A stretch of DNA of 64,000 nucleotides from Octopus sinensis (taxonomy: Eukaryota), in the NCBI RefSeq assembly GCF_006345805.1, contig NC_042998.1, positions 133,796,001 through 133,860,000 on the forward strand, given 5' to 3'. Both the position numbers and the translations under genes were made by a program. The notes under the pieces were generated by a model. The model ran no database searches. It was not told the DNA's origin and saw nothing but the letters and a program-made list of their open reading frames with translations. Shown one piece after another: positions 12,989 through 26,625 of the stretch. The first letter of the stretch is position 1. Every line of letters starts with the position of its first letter.

Positions 12989-14593
12989 ATGCCCAATAAT
13001 ATAAACACTGAAACTGTAAAACACGAAGACAAACGCAACATTCCCAACAAACACGATGTAAACAACGAAGGGGAGCCTAATGATTATGATAATATAAAAA
13101 GTAAAATAATCAAAGAACTGAAAACCACAGAGCTCACAATGGACTACCGACCATACCTCCCAAGAATCAAAATAGACGAAATAACAACACCAATTATAAA
13201 CAGCATAAACCTAACTGTCACGGAACTAATAGCCACTGAAACAAAAAGCGATATCACTGAGCTAAATGGCTTAATATACGCAGCAGCCACTGCAGCCACA
13301 AAAGAAGCTGGATACTCACTCAAACCCGTCCAAACAGGAGTACCACCACCCAAACAAACCCTGTGGATAAATAACATCCAAAACAAAATACAAAAAATTA
13401 GAAAAGATCTGTCGATTCTTAATGAAATCAGCAAACAATCAACGCTACTGAGCAACATAAAGAAAACAAAAATACTCCGCAAATATAACATCACAGAGAA
13501 AGATTTGCCTGAGATAAAAGAAAAGCTGAAGCAAGATATCCTTGCCAAAGCACAAAGGATCCGCCGGTACGAGAAACGCCAACGCTTCTTTGAACAAAAC
13601 AAAAAGTTCAACTCCAACCCCAAAAAGTTCTACCAAGAACTTGGCAAAAATAAAATAGAAGTCACTGCAGCACCAACGGCAGAAGAATTGGAAGAATTCT
13701 GGAGAGAAATATGGTCGGCGAACGAACAACCAAAAAAAAGAAGTATCAAAATAACAAACTCGGCATCTGAACAAATTTGGACCCCCATAACAACTGAAGA
13801 GGTCACCCAGGCACTGCAAAGACTAAGCAAATCGAAGGCACCTGGGCATGACAAGATCCCCAACTTCTGGTTGAAATATCTAACAGGAATGCACAAAAAG
13901 CTGGCTGAAAACTTTAACATACTAGCAGAGCCAGAGACAATGCCTGAATGGCTCACAAAGGGGAAAACCATCTTAATTCCCAAATCAAATGAGACAGCAA
14001 AACCAGAAAACTACAGACCAATAACCTGCCTCCCTACAATGTTCAAGGCATTTACTGCAGTGATATCGCAAAGGTTGAACAAGCACCTGGACGAAAACAA
14101 ACTGTTCCCAGAAGAGCAGAAAGGATGCCACAAAGGCTCATATGGCTGTAAAGATCAACTAATGATTAATAAAGCCATAACTGAAGACAGCCACAGAAAG
14201 AAGAAAGGCCTCAGTATGGCCTGGATTGACTACAAAAAGGCGTTTGATAGCATCCCCCACACATGGATCCTCGAAACACTAGCCATTAACAAAGTAGCAA
14301 CCAACAATTATAAAATTCATAGAGCACTCTATGAATAAATGGCAAACAGTCCTACACCTCCAAACAAAAGAGAGGGACTCATGAAAACCAAAGACATCCC
14401 CATTAGAAGAGGAATATTCCAGGGAGACACGCTCTCTCCACTCTTTTTCTGCTTGGCACTGTCACCTCTATCTGATATACTAAATAGAACTGGATGCGGA
14501 TATAAATGTTACGGCAAAACGATCAGCCACCTTTTATATATGGATGACCTAAAACTATACGCTGCAAATGACAAGAGCTGGAAACACTATTAA
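12989..14593 (+). pseudogene. Reverse transcriptase region of the R4/Dong element (ORFs 12989-14338 and 14339-14593, disrupted)
   Basis: ORF track shows RT subdomains split by a frameshift/stop near 14320-14340; the frame is open upstream to 12890 (QRYILNTKKISEIEIEHLKEKI). Confidence 0.9.
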
Positions 14594-14625
14594 AGACAGT
14601 TCATGGATTTACCAAAGAAATATAT

Positions 14626-16207
14626 ATGAAATTTGGATTAGAAAAATGCGCCAAAGTAACCATGAAAAGAGGAAAACTAGTTAAGAGTAGCAACATCACA
14701 CTAGATAAAACCAATGAAATAAAAGAATTAGACCAAAGCCAAACTTACAAATACTTAGGAATCCATGGACTAGATAAGACACAACACACACAAATGAAAG
14801 AGAAAATAAAAAAAGAATATTATAGACGAGTTAGATCAATACTAAAAACAGAGCTCAATGCTAAAAACAAGATTATAGGTATCAACACTTTAGCTGTCCC
14901 AGTTATAAGTTACAGCTACAATATCCTTAACAGGACACGAAATGAACTGACCAAAATAGATAGGAAAACAAGAAAAATAATGACAGGATCTAGGATGCAT
15001 CACCCAAAATCTGACATAGAAAGACTATATATACAACGTATAGAAGGTGGTAGAAGCCTTATACAGCTGGAAAACTACTATAAAATAACCACCATAGGAC
15101 TGCAAAAATATCTACTTCAGAAGGAAGGAAAACTGATACAAATAGCGGCAAAACACGAGCAAAATAAAAAACTGTTCTCAGTATTTAAGGAAGCTGACAA
15201 ATACAAACAAGAAATCATACCACCTAATAAATAATGAAGGAAAGAAGAAGAAGAAGAAGAGAAGAAGAAGGAAAGAAAAGAAGAAGAAGAAGAAGAAGAA
15301 GAAGAAGAAGAAGAAGAAGAAAATAAGAAGAAGAGAAGAAGAAGAAGAAGAAGAAGAAGAAGAAGAAAAGAAACAACAAAAGCTATAAAACAAATGAAAT
15401 CCAAACTAAAAATAGAACAGCAACGAACCATGATAAAACGATGGCAAGAAAAGCCCCTTCATGGTAAATACTGGGCTAAACTAAACGCAAAAGAAATAGA
15501 CAAAGAAAAAATCCCAGCAATGATTGAGAAGTCAGGACTCAAAGCAGAAACAGAGGGATTTTTAATTGCAGCACAAGACCAAAGCCTCCCCACCAGAAAT
15601 TACCAAAACATGTAATGAAAAGAAATATTACAAGTAACTGCAGAATATGTGGAGATGGACAAGAAACAATAAATCATATTATCTCTAGCTGCCCAGTCCT
15701 GGCTAAGAAGGAATATATTCACAGACATGACAGAGTTGGAACCTACATACATTGGAAGCTATGCCAACATTATGAAATAACAACAGAAAAAAGATGGTAT
15801 AGGCACACACCAGAAAAGGTCACAGAAAACGAGAAAGCAACCATACTCTGGGATATGCCGATACACACAGATAGAGAAATTAAGGCCAACAGACCAGATA
15901 TAGTTGTCAGAGATGATGAAAAAAAAATGCTTTTAATTGATGTATCAATACCGGCAGATGACAACGTGTCTCTAAAAGAAATGGAGAGAAACTCTCAAAA
16001 TACAAAGACCTGGAAACAGAGGTAACTAGAATGTGGAATCTGAAAACAGAAACAATTCCTATCATAGTAGGTGCATTAGGCATGATAAAAAAATATTCAG
16101 ACAAATACATAACAAAAACACCAGGACTTACAAACACATATAACATACAGAAAATTGCACTACTAGGCACTGCACACATCCTACGCAGAACACTTTCCAT
16201 ACAATAA
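14626..16207 (+). pseudogene. C-terminal region of the R4/Dong ORF: thumb, CCHC zinc knuckle, restriction-like endonuclease (disrupted)
   Basis: CRICGDGQETINHIISSC, RHD, ANRPDIV...LIDVSIP; broken by a (GAA)n tract at ~15240-15370 and frameshifts at ~15615 and ~15985. Confidence 0.9.
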
Positions 16208-16301
16208 CCATCAGAGCATCACAACAAATCACAGCACATACCCAAGGCACACAGAGCTGCGCTCGGTAGTGAAGTGAAAGCACGCTATAAAAATAAAACT
16301 A

Positions 16302-16360
<59 letters not shown>

Positions 16361-16363
16361 TAA

Positions 16364-16395
<32 letters not shown>

Positions 16396-16686
16396 AAACT
16401 TTAATATCTACAACTTTCTGTGAAAATTTTACCCTTTTCCTTTCTTTTCTCTCTTCCTGAGTATTCGAAAATGTAAACATCCTTTTCATTGCAAAAGTCG
16501 TACTGTATTCTCCAACTAGACAAGACAAACGAGCATCTCAAGAAACTTTAAAGCTTTAATATATCAAATTTTGTGTAAAACTTTTATCTTTCTTTTCTCC
16601 CTAACTACCCAAATATGTAAGCATACCTTTTATTGCAGCAGCATAATTGAATTCAGAAATTCAAAAATTCAACGACGTGAATATCA

Positions 16687-16750
<64 letters not shown>

Positions 16751-16752
<2 letters not shown>

Positions 16753-16930
16753 AGTTAATCCAAACAAGAAAGCACAAAAAAACACAACAACGCGAGGACG
16801 TGGAACAAATATAGTATTATTGGACGCTCAGGAAAGAAGGAAAGAAGGAGGGTTTAACGTTTCGAGCGGAGCTCTTCGTCGGAAACATAGGAGAAGGAAA
16901 GATCCAGAGAAGGGAAGACAGAGGAAAATA
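16751..16930 (-). mobile_element. Penelope pLTR-like short repeat carrying a degenerate minimal hammerhead
   Basis: Homologous to 47893-48075; minus strand GTTT-CCGACGA-A-GAGC-TCC-GCTC-GAAA-CGTT-AAAC at 16852-16886; abuts (TA)n. Confidence 0.75.
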
Positions 16931-16952
16931 TATATTATTATTATTATTATTA

Positions 16953-16994
<42 letters not shown>

Positions 16995-17006
16995 CATCAT
17001 CATTAT

Positions 17007-17233
17007 CCTTTGAGTGGGATGGGTTTCTCGACCTGAAGAAAATTTTGACTGGACCCCACCTGCAAGGTCATGCGCTGTTTATCTTGATATGAGATCACCA
17101 TGTCGCGCACATGTGGTTGTGATGCACGTGCCTTGTGTAGCTTTATTATACGGGTAGTAATGATGAGTATACTGGGATTCGTATATTTATACTTCAGTGT
17201 CATTTTGATGGCTTGCATTGCTCTCTCACTCAA
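17007..17233 (+). mobile_element. Family A retroposon, heavily 5'-truncated
   Basis: Matches the 3' 230 bp of family A and ends ctctctcactc(aat)n. Confidence 0.9.
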
Positions 17234-17277
17234 TAATAATATTAATGATATTAATAACAGCACCAGCAACTATTGGT

Positions 17278-17350
<73 letters not shown>

Positions 17351-17353
17351 AAA

Positions 17354-17445
17354 GAGGCGAGCTAGCAGGATCGCTGGCACGCTAAACAAAATGCTTAGCG
17401 GCATTTTGCCCGTCCTTAGGATCTGAGTTCAAATTCCACCTTTCG
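17354..17445 (+). mobile_element. SINE B head fragment
   Basis: gaggcgagctagcaggatcg...ctgagttcaaattccac. Confidence 0.75.
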
Positions 17446-19340
17446 GATACATATATACGATGAGTATATAGGGATAAATTATCTAAGAGAGTAGCGAACG
17501 GGCACTCAGGTACATTCCGGTTCAGGCTAACCGTATCGAGTATTATTGAAACTCCCCTGTAATTCATTCGATGGGTAAATTCTGGGATCGATTTACTGTG
17601 CAGACCTTGAATATCGGTGCATAGTTGAAAATAACTGAATGCAAATGCAACTGCTAATTCTCTACGCTTCAGAAACCATTGATATACATAGATATATATT
17701 AAGGCTGACAGGGGCGGAAAGAATGAGAGACAGACATTCAGACAGAAAAGATACATGTATAAATATTTTGTTATTCTTTTGCTGGCTTTACCTCTCAGTT
17801 GCGGTTACGCATCATTGCTATAATTCTAATTGGTCCGTTGTCAAAATAGTGAAATCTGTTTCGTTCTATCTGTACATGATGATGATACGGCATTATTTAC
17901 AACGTTAATATTCTAGGAAATACACAGCTATAACCAAAGTAATCCCGTAGCCATTAACTTCAAATATTTTTCTCGAAGTGTCCCCTAATTTCTTAAAACA
18001 CCAAAAGACTTATTGGATACCATAGATTTAAGTATCTCCCTGAAAGTAACCTTAAGTATCTCCCTGAAAACGATTTAAAAGAAGGAAGAATTTACGGACT
18101 ACTCTAGTCTTAGATACTACTCAAACCACCGCCACGACCACCGGCAACATCACCACAATAAGAACAATAACAAGAACAGCAACAACAATCTTTATGGACT
18201 AATAAAACTTGATCATCACACACTGCAGCTCCATTACCATGACAGGGATATCATAAACGACACTCGTATATTAATTCAAATATTCAAGATGAGAATTCCC
18301 AGTACGTACCAAATTAATATAATAAATGTAAACTGATGTCTTGGGGAAAGCAGCTAGTGACAATTGCTGCATGAAAACCATGCAACAAAAACGGTGCTAG
18401 CATGCTTAATGTAGTCAAGAAATTTTAATTAATTACAATTACGCCCGTAATGAAGAGAAAAAAATTATTATCTGAATGATTCATTCTAGTCGAAGAAAAG
18501 CAGAAGTAACAATGCCAAAAGTTGCATTAATTGAAAGTTATATATAAATATGAAATACAGTTGGGGAGTAAAGGTTGATTTCTGGCAATGTGGTAACAAC
18601 TTCCATTCCCACCATCCATACAGTGTAAAGAGAGGGATTGCTCAGTGCCTAAAACTCAAGATGAAAGGTCCTTTTCGATATATGAACCCCAAGTGTCTCA
18701 GTCCTTGCACTACATGTTGAATCAGTCAAAATTTCCTGACAAATGTACAGTACTCTAAAATACTACGCCGACGCCATCCTCTGAACTTTATCGAGTGCAG
18801 TCAGTACTTACAGACACAAATGCAAATACACACATAGAAAAATTGCTATAGCGTTGTCGCGCGCATAGTCTCATAAGTCCCAAAGACAGTGCAGAGGGTA
18901 TAGCAACAGAAATATGTGCAGAAAAATATTAGCCATTATGCTCAGACCTTCACCGATGTAATCACAAGGACCTATAAGCTTAGCGGATCAGACACAGAGA
19001 AAATATTCAGAATAAGCCACTGTAACCCATGCGATAAACCTTGCCTGTACAGACGATCACGGTTAAGATTCAATCAGTTCTACGCGCTTACTCTTTTAAG
19101 AATATAGCATCTAAATTTCCCTCGAATATCACTCTACATTCATAAAATATAAACAACATATTGAAGAATTTATTTCTAAAAACAACATGTCAGAAAAGAA
19201 GACAGGATGGTTACGGCTGGAACGCTGATTGAACGATCTATCATGCTGAGAAGAAAATATAATTCCACTGCATTATGTTACCAGTTTATTTAAATATATT
19301 TAAAACATATGCTTAGAATGAGTGGCATGGTGTGTATAAT

Positions 19341-19395
<55 letters not shown>

Positions 19396-19648
19396 GTATG
19401 TATGTATGTATATATGTATGTATGTATGTATGTATACAAAATGCACACACATATTTATACATACGCTTACATATGTATATAGTTATGTAGTGTGTGTGTC
19501 TGTGTTTTGTGTGAGCGTGCATGTGCATCATGTGTATAAATAAATATATATATATATATGTATGTGAATGTGTGTATGAATGTGCCTGTTTGTGTATGTC
19601 TGTCTGTCTATCTGTCTGCATGCATGTATGTATGTATCTATGTATGTA

Positions 19649-19681
<33 letters not shown>

Positions 19682-20129
19682 GAATATATGTATATATGTT
19701 TGACAGTGATTTCGAAATTTCGCCCTATTACGAAAACAAGAAAATTGCGAAACTTGTCACAGACAACCAATCCTTGTAAATATGTATATCTATGTGTACG
19801 CGCACGCGCGCGTGTGTGTGAATTTATATACGTGGAAGGCAACACCTCTGTGTATACGTAGAAATCAACTCTCCTCTCATTACACTCACTTCTACCATCT
19901 CTAGAATAATGGAGACAACCATTAACGATGAAACTTGAATCTCTATCTTTCCTTAGTGGCCACCAGTTCGATTTCCACAGAACCTGGCCACTGGAAATTT
20001 AATCTGTTAAGTTACCAGTGGTTCTCACTTTGGAGAAGGTCAGTATAAGCAGTATTGCTCTTTTAGCTTCTAACCAAGTAAATTTTCACCAAAACTTCCA
20101 ATGTAGGGGCTGCACCTATCTCACATCTC

Positions 20130-21050
20130 TTGCATTGGTTGCGGACGTTCACTGTAATTATTGGCACTGTACAACTCACAGTGTGCCTCGGGATTCTGTT
20201 TTATTCCGTATTTTCTTCCTTCTGTACATCAATGCCCCGCTTGCGGCTACAAAAACAACGCCTTCTCTTATATAGGAAAGACTACCCTTCATTCTTTCCT
20301 AACCTATTTCCAACCATGCATCACCCACACGCAACCTAGACAGCACTGATTCTATGAACGAAAACCCAAAAAATTCCTCTAGTACAATGATGCCAATCGT
20401 ATCTCTTTTAATGGCAGCCCTCGAGGCAACTAAAACACTACTCATATCAAGAATAAACCGTTGCTTTTCCAAAATACAGGCGGCGCTCGCACTCTTTAAC
20501 ATAGACAGGAACACATCCCCAAAACTGGGATTTCTCTTCAGGACTAGAAAATATATCAACTTCTAACTCTCTGAATGTCAGCTCAAATGAGGTCTAAGAG
20601 TATTGTTGCCACATTGGTCCGGTGCTGCTGCTACTCACATCGACATCTTGAACCGCATATTGAGAAGAGTTAGTCGAATGATTAGCATTATGTCACTCAC
20701 GAACTCGCTCTAGTCACTGCGCCCCAGACGTGCCGCCTTCTATTTCTAACTACTATTCTATATATACGTTACGTACCCAGTTGCTACAGTGGCCCTTGTC
20801 ATCTGAGCTGACTTATTGTGTACTCTTCCTGTTTAGGAACTCACGACTTACACATCTTTATATCTCTCGACACCCTAATTGTGTCCAAGCACAACAGGCA
20901 AATTAATCGCTATGTCTAGTTCTTCCGTCCCAGACAATCGTTTCTCTAGAAATTTCTCCCTCCTTATGCTCCAACAGTTGTTAAATCGGAACGTTATCAG
21001 CATCAAGCTCAACATTTTCTAACTCAGCAAATAAAACAAAAGCTCTCATT
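20130..21050 (+). mobile_element. Decayed CR1/L2/Jockey-like LINE RT 3' fragment
   Basis: Relic peptides VPRDSVLFRIFFLLYIN (cf. VPQGSVLGPxLFLLYIN), FSYIGKTTLHS (cf. YADDTTL), EYCCHIWSGAAATHIDILNRI. Confidence 0.7.
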
Positions 21051-21182
21051 TCGGCTAATTTTCTTTGTGGTTGAGCGGATACGCAGATGTTTCTTCGTCG
21101 AATCGTTATGTATGTCATGGTGCAGGAGATACAACGTGTCATTTGACTTTAAACTGCGAAGAATAGTACGTAATATATATTT

Positions 21183-21607
21183 TGGTTTCAAATTTTGGCA
21201 CAAGGCCAGCTATTGGAGGGAAGGGTGAAAGTCAGTTACATCGATCCATGTGCTCAAGTGGTACTTATTTCATTGATCTCGAAAGAATGAAAGGCAAAGT
21301 CGACCCTGGTGGCATTGGAACTAAAAGCTTAAAGTTGGAAAAATGTCGCTCAGTATTTTTTCCGGCGTTGTAACGATTCAGCCAGGTCGTCGCCTTACGT
21401 AGAGTATATCTTAGTTTCAAACTTTAGCACAAAACCAGCAATTTCGAGATAGGAGTTAAGCCGATTACATCGGCCCTAGTGCTCAATTGGTACATAATTT
21501 ATCGACTCTGAAAGGATGAAAGGCAAAGTTGACCTCCTTAAACCCAGAACGTGCAGATGGACGCATTTTGTACGGCGTGCTAACGATTCTACCAGCTTGC
21601 TGCCTTA
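21183..21607 (-). mobile_element. Two head-to-tail SINE B copies (21183-21396, ~21411-21607)
   Basis: Two copies of the gatgaaaggcaaagt core with heads ending cgcctt / tgcctt. Confidence 0.85.
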
Positions 21608-22136
21608 CATAATGTATATATTGCTAAAGTGTATGCGTATATATTCGTGTGTATGTATATACATAATCGAGCGCGATTATATTTGTGTGTATTATAATCT
21701 GATTTGTATATATATTGAATTGTTTCTTTTTATTGGTTCAATGCGTCTTATGACGTAATGTACAGACGTCACACAAGATAGACCAAAATGTTATTTGATA
21801 TGAAACACCGGAAATTGAGTATCAGTAATGTAGCATATTGAAACTACCTAAAGTTAACATATATGCGCATATTCAAATGCACAATTCTCACATATATGCA
21901 AACAAACAACTATAGAAATATACCAATGGTTCTTTTGTGTTGCATCAGTTATGTACTGTGAATACACGTCCATTCATACTATACATGCATACAAACATGC
22001 ACACATACATTCACTTCTTGAAAGTAATTCCCTCGTTAATGCTTTTGGATTTTCTATAACAGTATCTTATGTATTTATTTATTATTATTGTTGTTGTTGT
22101 TGTTGTCGTCGTCGTCGTTGTTGTTATGATTGCTGT

Positions 22137-22664
22137 TGTGACATTGAGGTACAAATACAAAGCTCAATATACCCATCATGACTACACCGTCTGATGAGGG
22201 TACACTAGGCACAGGCATCATAACCATCTGTATGCGACATAGTGATTTCATATCAAGATAAACAGGAAATTACCTTGCAAATAGGACCAGTTAGAATTTT
22301 CTTCAGATCGAATAGCCCATCCTGCTGAAAAGGTCCCTGAATAAAGTTTGCTTAAGGATGATGAACGAAACACCCATGTTTCCAAAGGTGAATAATTCAA
22401 ACCCTCCCAAAATTACTCTCAACACATTGGCTATGATGCTCTCTCACAACTCCTACTCATGATCAGATATGTATATATTGTCAGCCACTGAGGGACATGT
22501 TTAACTGGTTTAAGGTCGAACAAACAACTGACTAATAAATCCGTGGTACTGAGAAGAATATCTGAATATTTTCTGTTGCCCACCTTTTACACCAAGACAA
22601 AATATGTATATGATACCACTTCCAGAAGCCATGAGAGCCACTGCCTGATACTGCATCGAGGCAT
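22137..22664 (-). mobile_element. Family A retroposon
   Basis: Collinear with the other copies; flanked by (GTT/TTA)n and (TTA/ATC)n. Confidence 0.85.
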
Positions 22665-22833
22665 GTATTATTATTATCATTATTATCATCATCATCATAT
22701 CATCATCATCATCATCATATCATCATCATCATCATTATCATCATTATTATCATTATCATTATTATCATCATCATTATTATTATTATTATCATTATTATCA
22801 TTATCATTATTATTATCATCATCATTATTATTA

Positions 22834-22868
<35 letters not shown>

Positions 22869-22883
22869 CATTATCATTATTAG

Positions 22884-22928
<45 letters not shown>

Positions 22929-22935
22929 CATTATT

Positions 22936-22976
<41 letters not shown>

Positions 22977-22981
22977 AGTCA

Positions 22982-23013
<32 letters not shown>

Positions 23014-23071
23014 TTCGTCATCTTTGTCGTTGTCGTTGTCGTTGTTGTTGTTGTTTTTGTTGTTATTGTTA

Positions 23072-23132
<61 letters not shown>

Positions 23133-23146
23133 CATTATTATTATTA
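22665..23146. repeat. Compound (ATT/ATC/GTC/GTT)n microsatellite
   Basis: Read directly; explains the 234 aa low-complexity ORF. Confidence 0.95.
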
Positions 23147-23692
23147 TTGAGTCAGAGAACAGTGCAAGACATCAAAGTGACACTGGGGTAAAATATACGA
23201 AGCCCAATATAGCCATCATGACTATTCGTCTGATAAGGGTACACTAGGCACATGCATCACAACCATATGTGCGCGACATGGTGATCTCATATCAAGATAA
23301 ACAGCGCATGACCTTGCAGGTGGGGCCCAGTTAGAATTTTCTTGTTGTTGAGTAACCCATCCTGCTCAAAAGGTCCCTGAATAAGAGCTGTTTAAGGATG
23401 TTGAACGAACCACACATGTTTCCAGAGGTGAATTATTCAAACCCCAAAGAATCCTTCTCAACACATGGCTATGATGCTCCCCCACTACTACTGCTAGAGA
23501 TCAGAAATGCACATATCATCAACCGCTAAGACACATGCTCAACTGGTTAAGGTCAAACAACTGACAAGCAAATCTGTGGTATTGAGCAGATTATTTACTG
23601 TAGCTCATCTTTTATACCAAGACAGATCAATGTACATGATAACACTTCCAATCAGAAGCCACGAGAGCAACTGCCTGGTACTGCATCAGGAC

Positions 23693-23695
<3 letters not shown>
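23147..23695 (-). mobile_element. Family A retroposon, full length
   Basis: Both termini present, (TTA)n on both sides. Confidence 0.9.
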
Positions 23696-23733
<38 letters not shown>

Positions 23734-23797
23734 TATTATTTATTATTATTATTTATTATTATTAATGTTATTATTGTTATTATCATTATTATTATTA

Positions 23798-23837
<40 letters not shown>

Positions 23838-23848
23838 TATTATTATTA

Positions 23849-23879
<31 letters not shown>

Positions 23880-23902
23880 CATCATCATTATTATTATTAT
23901 TT

Positions 23903-24060
23903 CATTTGGCTTTATGTTCTGAGTCCAAATTCCGTCGAGGTCGATTTTGACTTTCAAACTTTCCGAACCCGATAAAATAAGTAAGAGTTGAGCAATGTGG
24001 GACGATAAAATTGACTACTCCACCCAACGAAAAGAAAGTTCACACCTTGCGCCTATAGGA
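23903..24060 (+). mobile_element. SINE B, degenerate
   Basis: atgttctgagtccaaattccgtcgaggtcgattttgactttc...gataaaataagta. Confidence 0.75.
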
Positions 24061-24399
24061 GTAAAGACTACTGTTCTTGGTTTAACTCTCATCTCCTGGT
24101 TAGATTTCATCAAGTAGATCTAAGATGAAACAGCTCCAACCATGACCTTTCCACCATTACTCAGATATTGTTTCTACTCCAGACTTTTTTAATATGTTAG
24201 GATATGATTTTTGAAGATGTAGCTGCTAATTTTTGAAGGAGATTTAACTGCTGATTTTTGAAGGAGATTTTGAAGGAGAATTAGGTTATGATTTTTGAAG
24301 GAGATATAGCATGTCGAGTGACTATATAGAGGTTACGTATTGGTCGTGTTATAGTTGTATTGAGAGTAGAGCATGTGTGTTGGTAGGGTTGAAGAGTTA

Positions 24400-24549
24400 A
24401 ATAAGAGGACAGATATTTTCTAGTAGTAAGCTCTCTCTCTCTCTCTCTCTCTCTTCCTCTCTCTCTCTCTTTCTCTCTCTCTCTCTTTCCCTCTCTCTCT
24501 CTCTCTCTCTGCCCCTCTCTCTACATATACATAGATATTTTCCCGTAAG

Positions 24550-24580
<31 letters not shown>

Positions 24581-24620
24581 CCTCTCTCCGCCCCTCTCTG
24601 TACATATACACAGATATTTT
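24400..24620. repeat. (CT)n-based ~120 bp unit duplicated
   Basis: gatattttc..gtaagctctctc...acatataca.agatatttt occurs twice. Confidence 0.75.
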
Positions 24621-24726
24621 GTCTCACATTCTAACGATTCTGCCAGTCCAACACCGTGATGATGTTTTCTAATTTAGGCAGTGAAATTGAGGGGAGGCGT
24701 ATTCTATTCCATCTTGACTGATAGTA

Positions 24727-24965
24727 GAGACGCGTGGCTTTGTGATTAGGGTGTTGGACTCATGATCGTAAGTTTATGGTTTCGATTTCTGGACAGGGCG
24801 ACACATTGTGTTCTTGAACAAACCACTTCATTTCACGTTGCTTCACTCCATTCAGCCAGCAAAAAATAAATAATCCTGCGACACACCAGTGTCCCGTCCA
24901 GGTGAGGATTTATACGCCATGGAAAGCGAGAAACCGGCCCTTGTGAATCGGTATAACTCGAGAAG
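24727..24965 (+). mobile_element. tRNA-derived SINE family C (V-SINE-like core)
   Basis: Head cgcgtggcttt gtgattagggtgttggactc...ggtttcgatttctgg; core gtcccgtccagg; homologous to 34661-34897. Confidence 0.75.
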
Positions 24966-24984
24966 GTAACGTTAATTTACTAGT

Positions 24985-25851
24985 ACTTGAGTGATACTTT
25001 ATTTTATCCATCCTGGAAGGATGAATGACAAAGTTGAACTCCGCGAAAGTTGAACTTGGAACATAAAACCCCAGAAGAAATACTGCAAAGGCCGATCGCT
25101 GCCTTTAGTAACTGTTCTAATTTAGACATAAGACCAACAATTTTAAAGAGAGCGGTTAGTCAATGCCAACTATCCCAGTGCTCGACTGGTACTTTATTTT
25201 ATCGATCTTAGGGGGTATGAAAAGCAGTTAACCTTAGCGAGGTTTGAATTAGCGCATAAAGAGTGTAAAAGGATTGAGAAAATTCCACCATGTATTTTTT
25301 CCCACCCTCTAACGTTTTGCCAACCAACCACTGTGATGAAGTTTGATATTGGTTTCAAATTTTGGTACAAAGCCAACAACTTCGGGGAGAGAGTTAGTCG
25401 ATTACATCGACCCTAGTCCTCTAGCCCGACGTGCTAAAGATTCTTTCAGTTCGCTGACTTGATGAAGTTTAAAAATCCTTTCTGTAATAGGCACAAGGCC
25501 TGAAATTTGGAGGGAGGGAGCCAGTCGATTATATTGACCCTCAGTACACAACTGGAACTTAATTTATCGACCCTGAAAGGATGGAAGGCAAAGTCGACCT
25601 CGGTGGAATTTGAACCCAGAACGTAGCGACAGGCGAGATACCTATTTCTATTTCTTTACTACCCACAAGGGACAAACGGATTAAGTCGATTATATCGACC
25701 CCAGTGCGTAACTGGTACTTATTTAATCGACCCTGAAAGGATGAAAGGCAAAATCGACCTCGGAGGAATTTGAACTCAGAACGTAAAGGCAGACGAAATA
25801 CGCCTACGCATTTCGCCCGGGGTGCTAACGTTTCTGCGAGCTCGTCGCTTT
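24985..25851 (-). mobile_element. Cluster of SINE B copies ending in a dimeric long form (~25480-25851)
   Basis: At least four repeats of the family core. Confidence 0.85.
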
Positions 25852-26050
25852 GATGAAGTTTAATAATAAAAAGAAAAAGAAAATATATAAGATTTCTTTC
25901 TTTGAAATACATTTAAAAACACGGTGGAGTACTGTAAAACTAACTGCCATACAACAGATTTAGTTTCTTAAATTCCTCGTCTCGTCGGTTCAATTTCAGC
26001 ATCTGCAGTTCTATAGCACTCAGCGGAACCCAAATTCAACCTTATAGACT

Positions 26051-26087
<37 letters not shown>

Positions 26088-26460
26088 GTTATTTATTTGC
26101 ATAAGACTTGAATGACTATAAACACTGCTTCTACTACCAAATAAAAATGTCAGACAACACAAGAAACACTCGTTCATAAACTATCAATTGATTGTGTTGT
26201 TGTAAATTTTGTAATATTATAATTGGTTTCCTTAAAGAATCAAAATGATATAAATGAAATAAAACGAAAGAATCCTTCCAGCAGAGAAGCAAAGTTAAAA
26301 GTGGCGATTATTATAAATTCCTGACTGTAAATAAACAACTTTGAATTTTTAACAGAGTTTCAGTTTTACTTTGATCTAGAACTAAGCATTTGTCGGGAAA
26401 AAAAAAAGTTATTATTATGATCATCATCATCGTTATTATTATCATTAGTAGTAGTAGTAA

Positions 26461-26530
<70 letters not shown>

Positions 26531-26536
26531 TGCAGT

Positions 26537-26625
<89 letters not shown>

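Larger units (their letters stand above)
12890..16304 (+). mobile_element. R4/Dong-clade non-LTR retrotransposon, 5'-truncated and frameshifted
   Basis: RT motifs (KAPGHD, YRPITCL, IDYKKAFDS, IFQGDTLSP, YMDD), CCHC knuckle and PD..D nuclease; (AAT)n at 12836-12857 and from 16305. Confidence 0.92.

Noticed and set aside
13144-13983. Minus-strand ORFs of 117-159 aa
   Set aside because: Antisense shadows of the R4/Dong RT ORF
22190-22275. CTGATGA in a family A copy as a hammerhead core
   Set aside because: Other copies have CTGATAA, and no stem II-GAAA-stem III follows
22543-23247. 234 aa hydrophobic ORF
   Set aside because: Spans a family A end, an (ATT/ATC)n tract and the next family A copy; not a membrane protein
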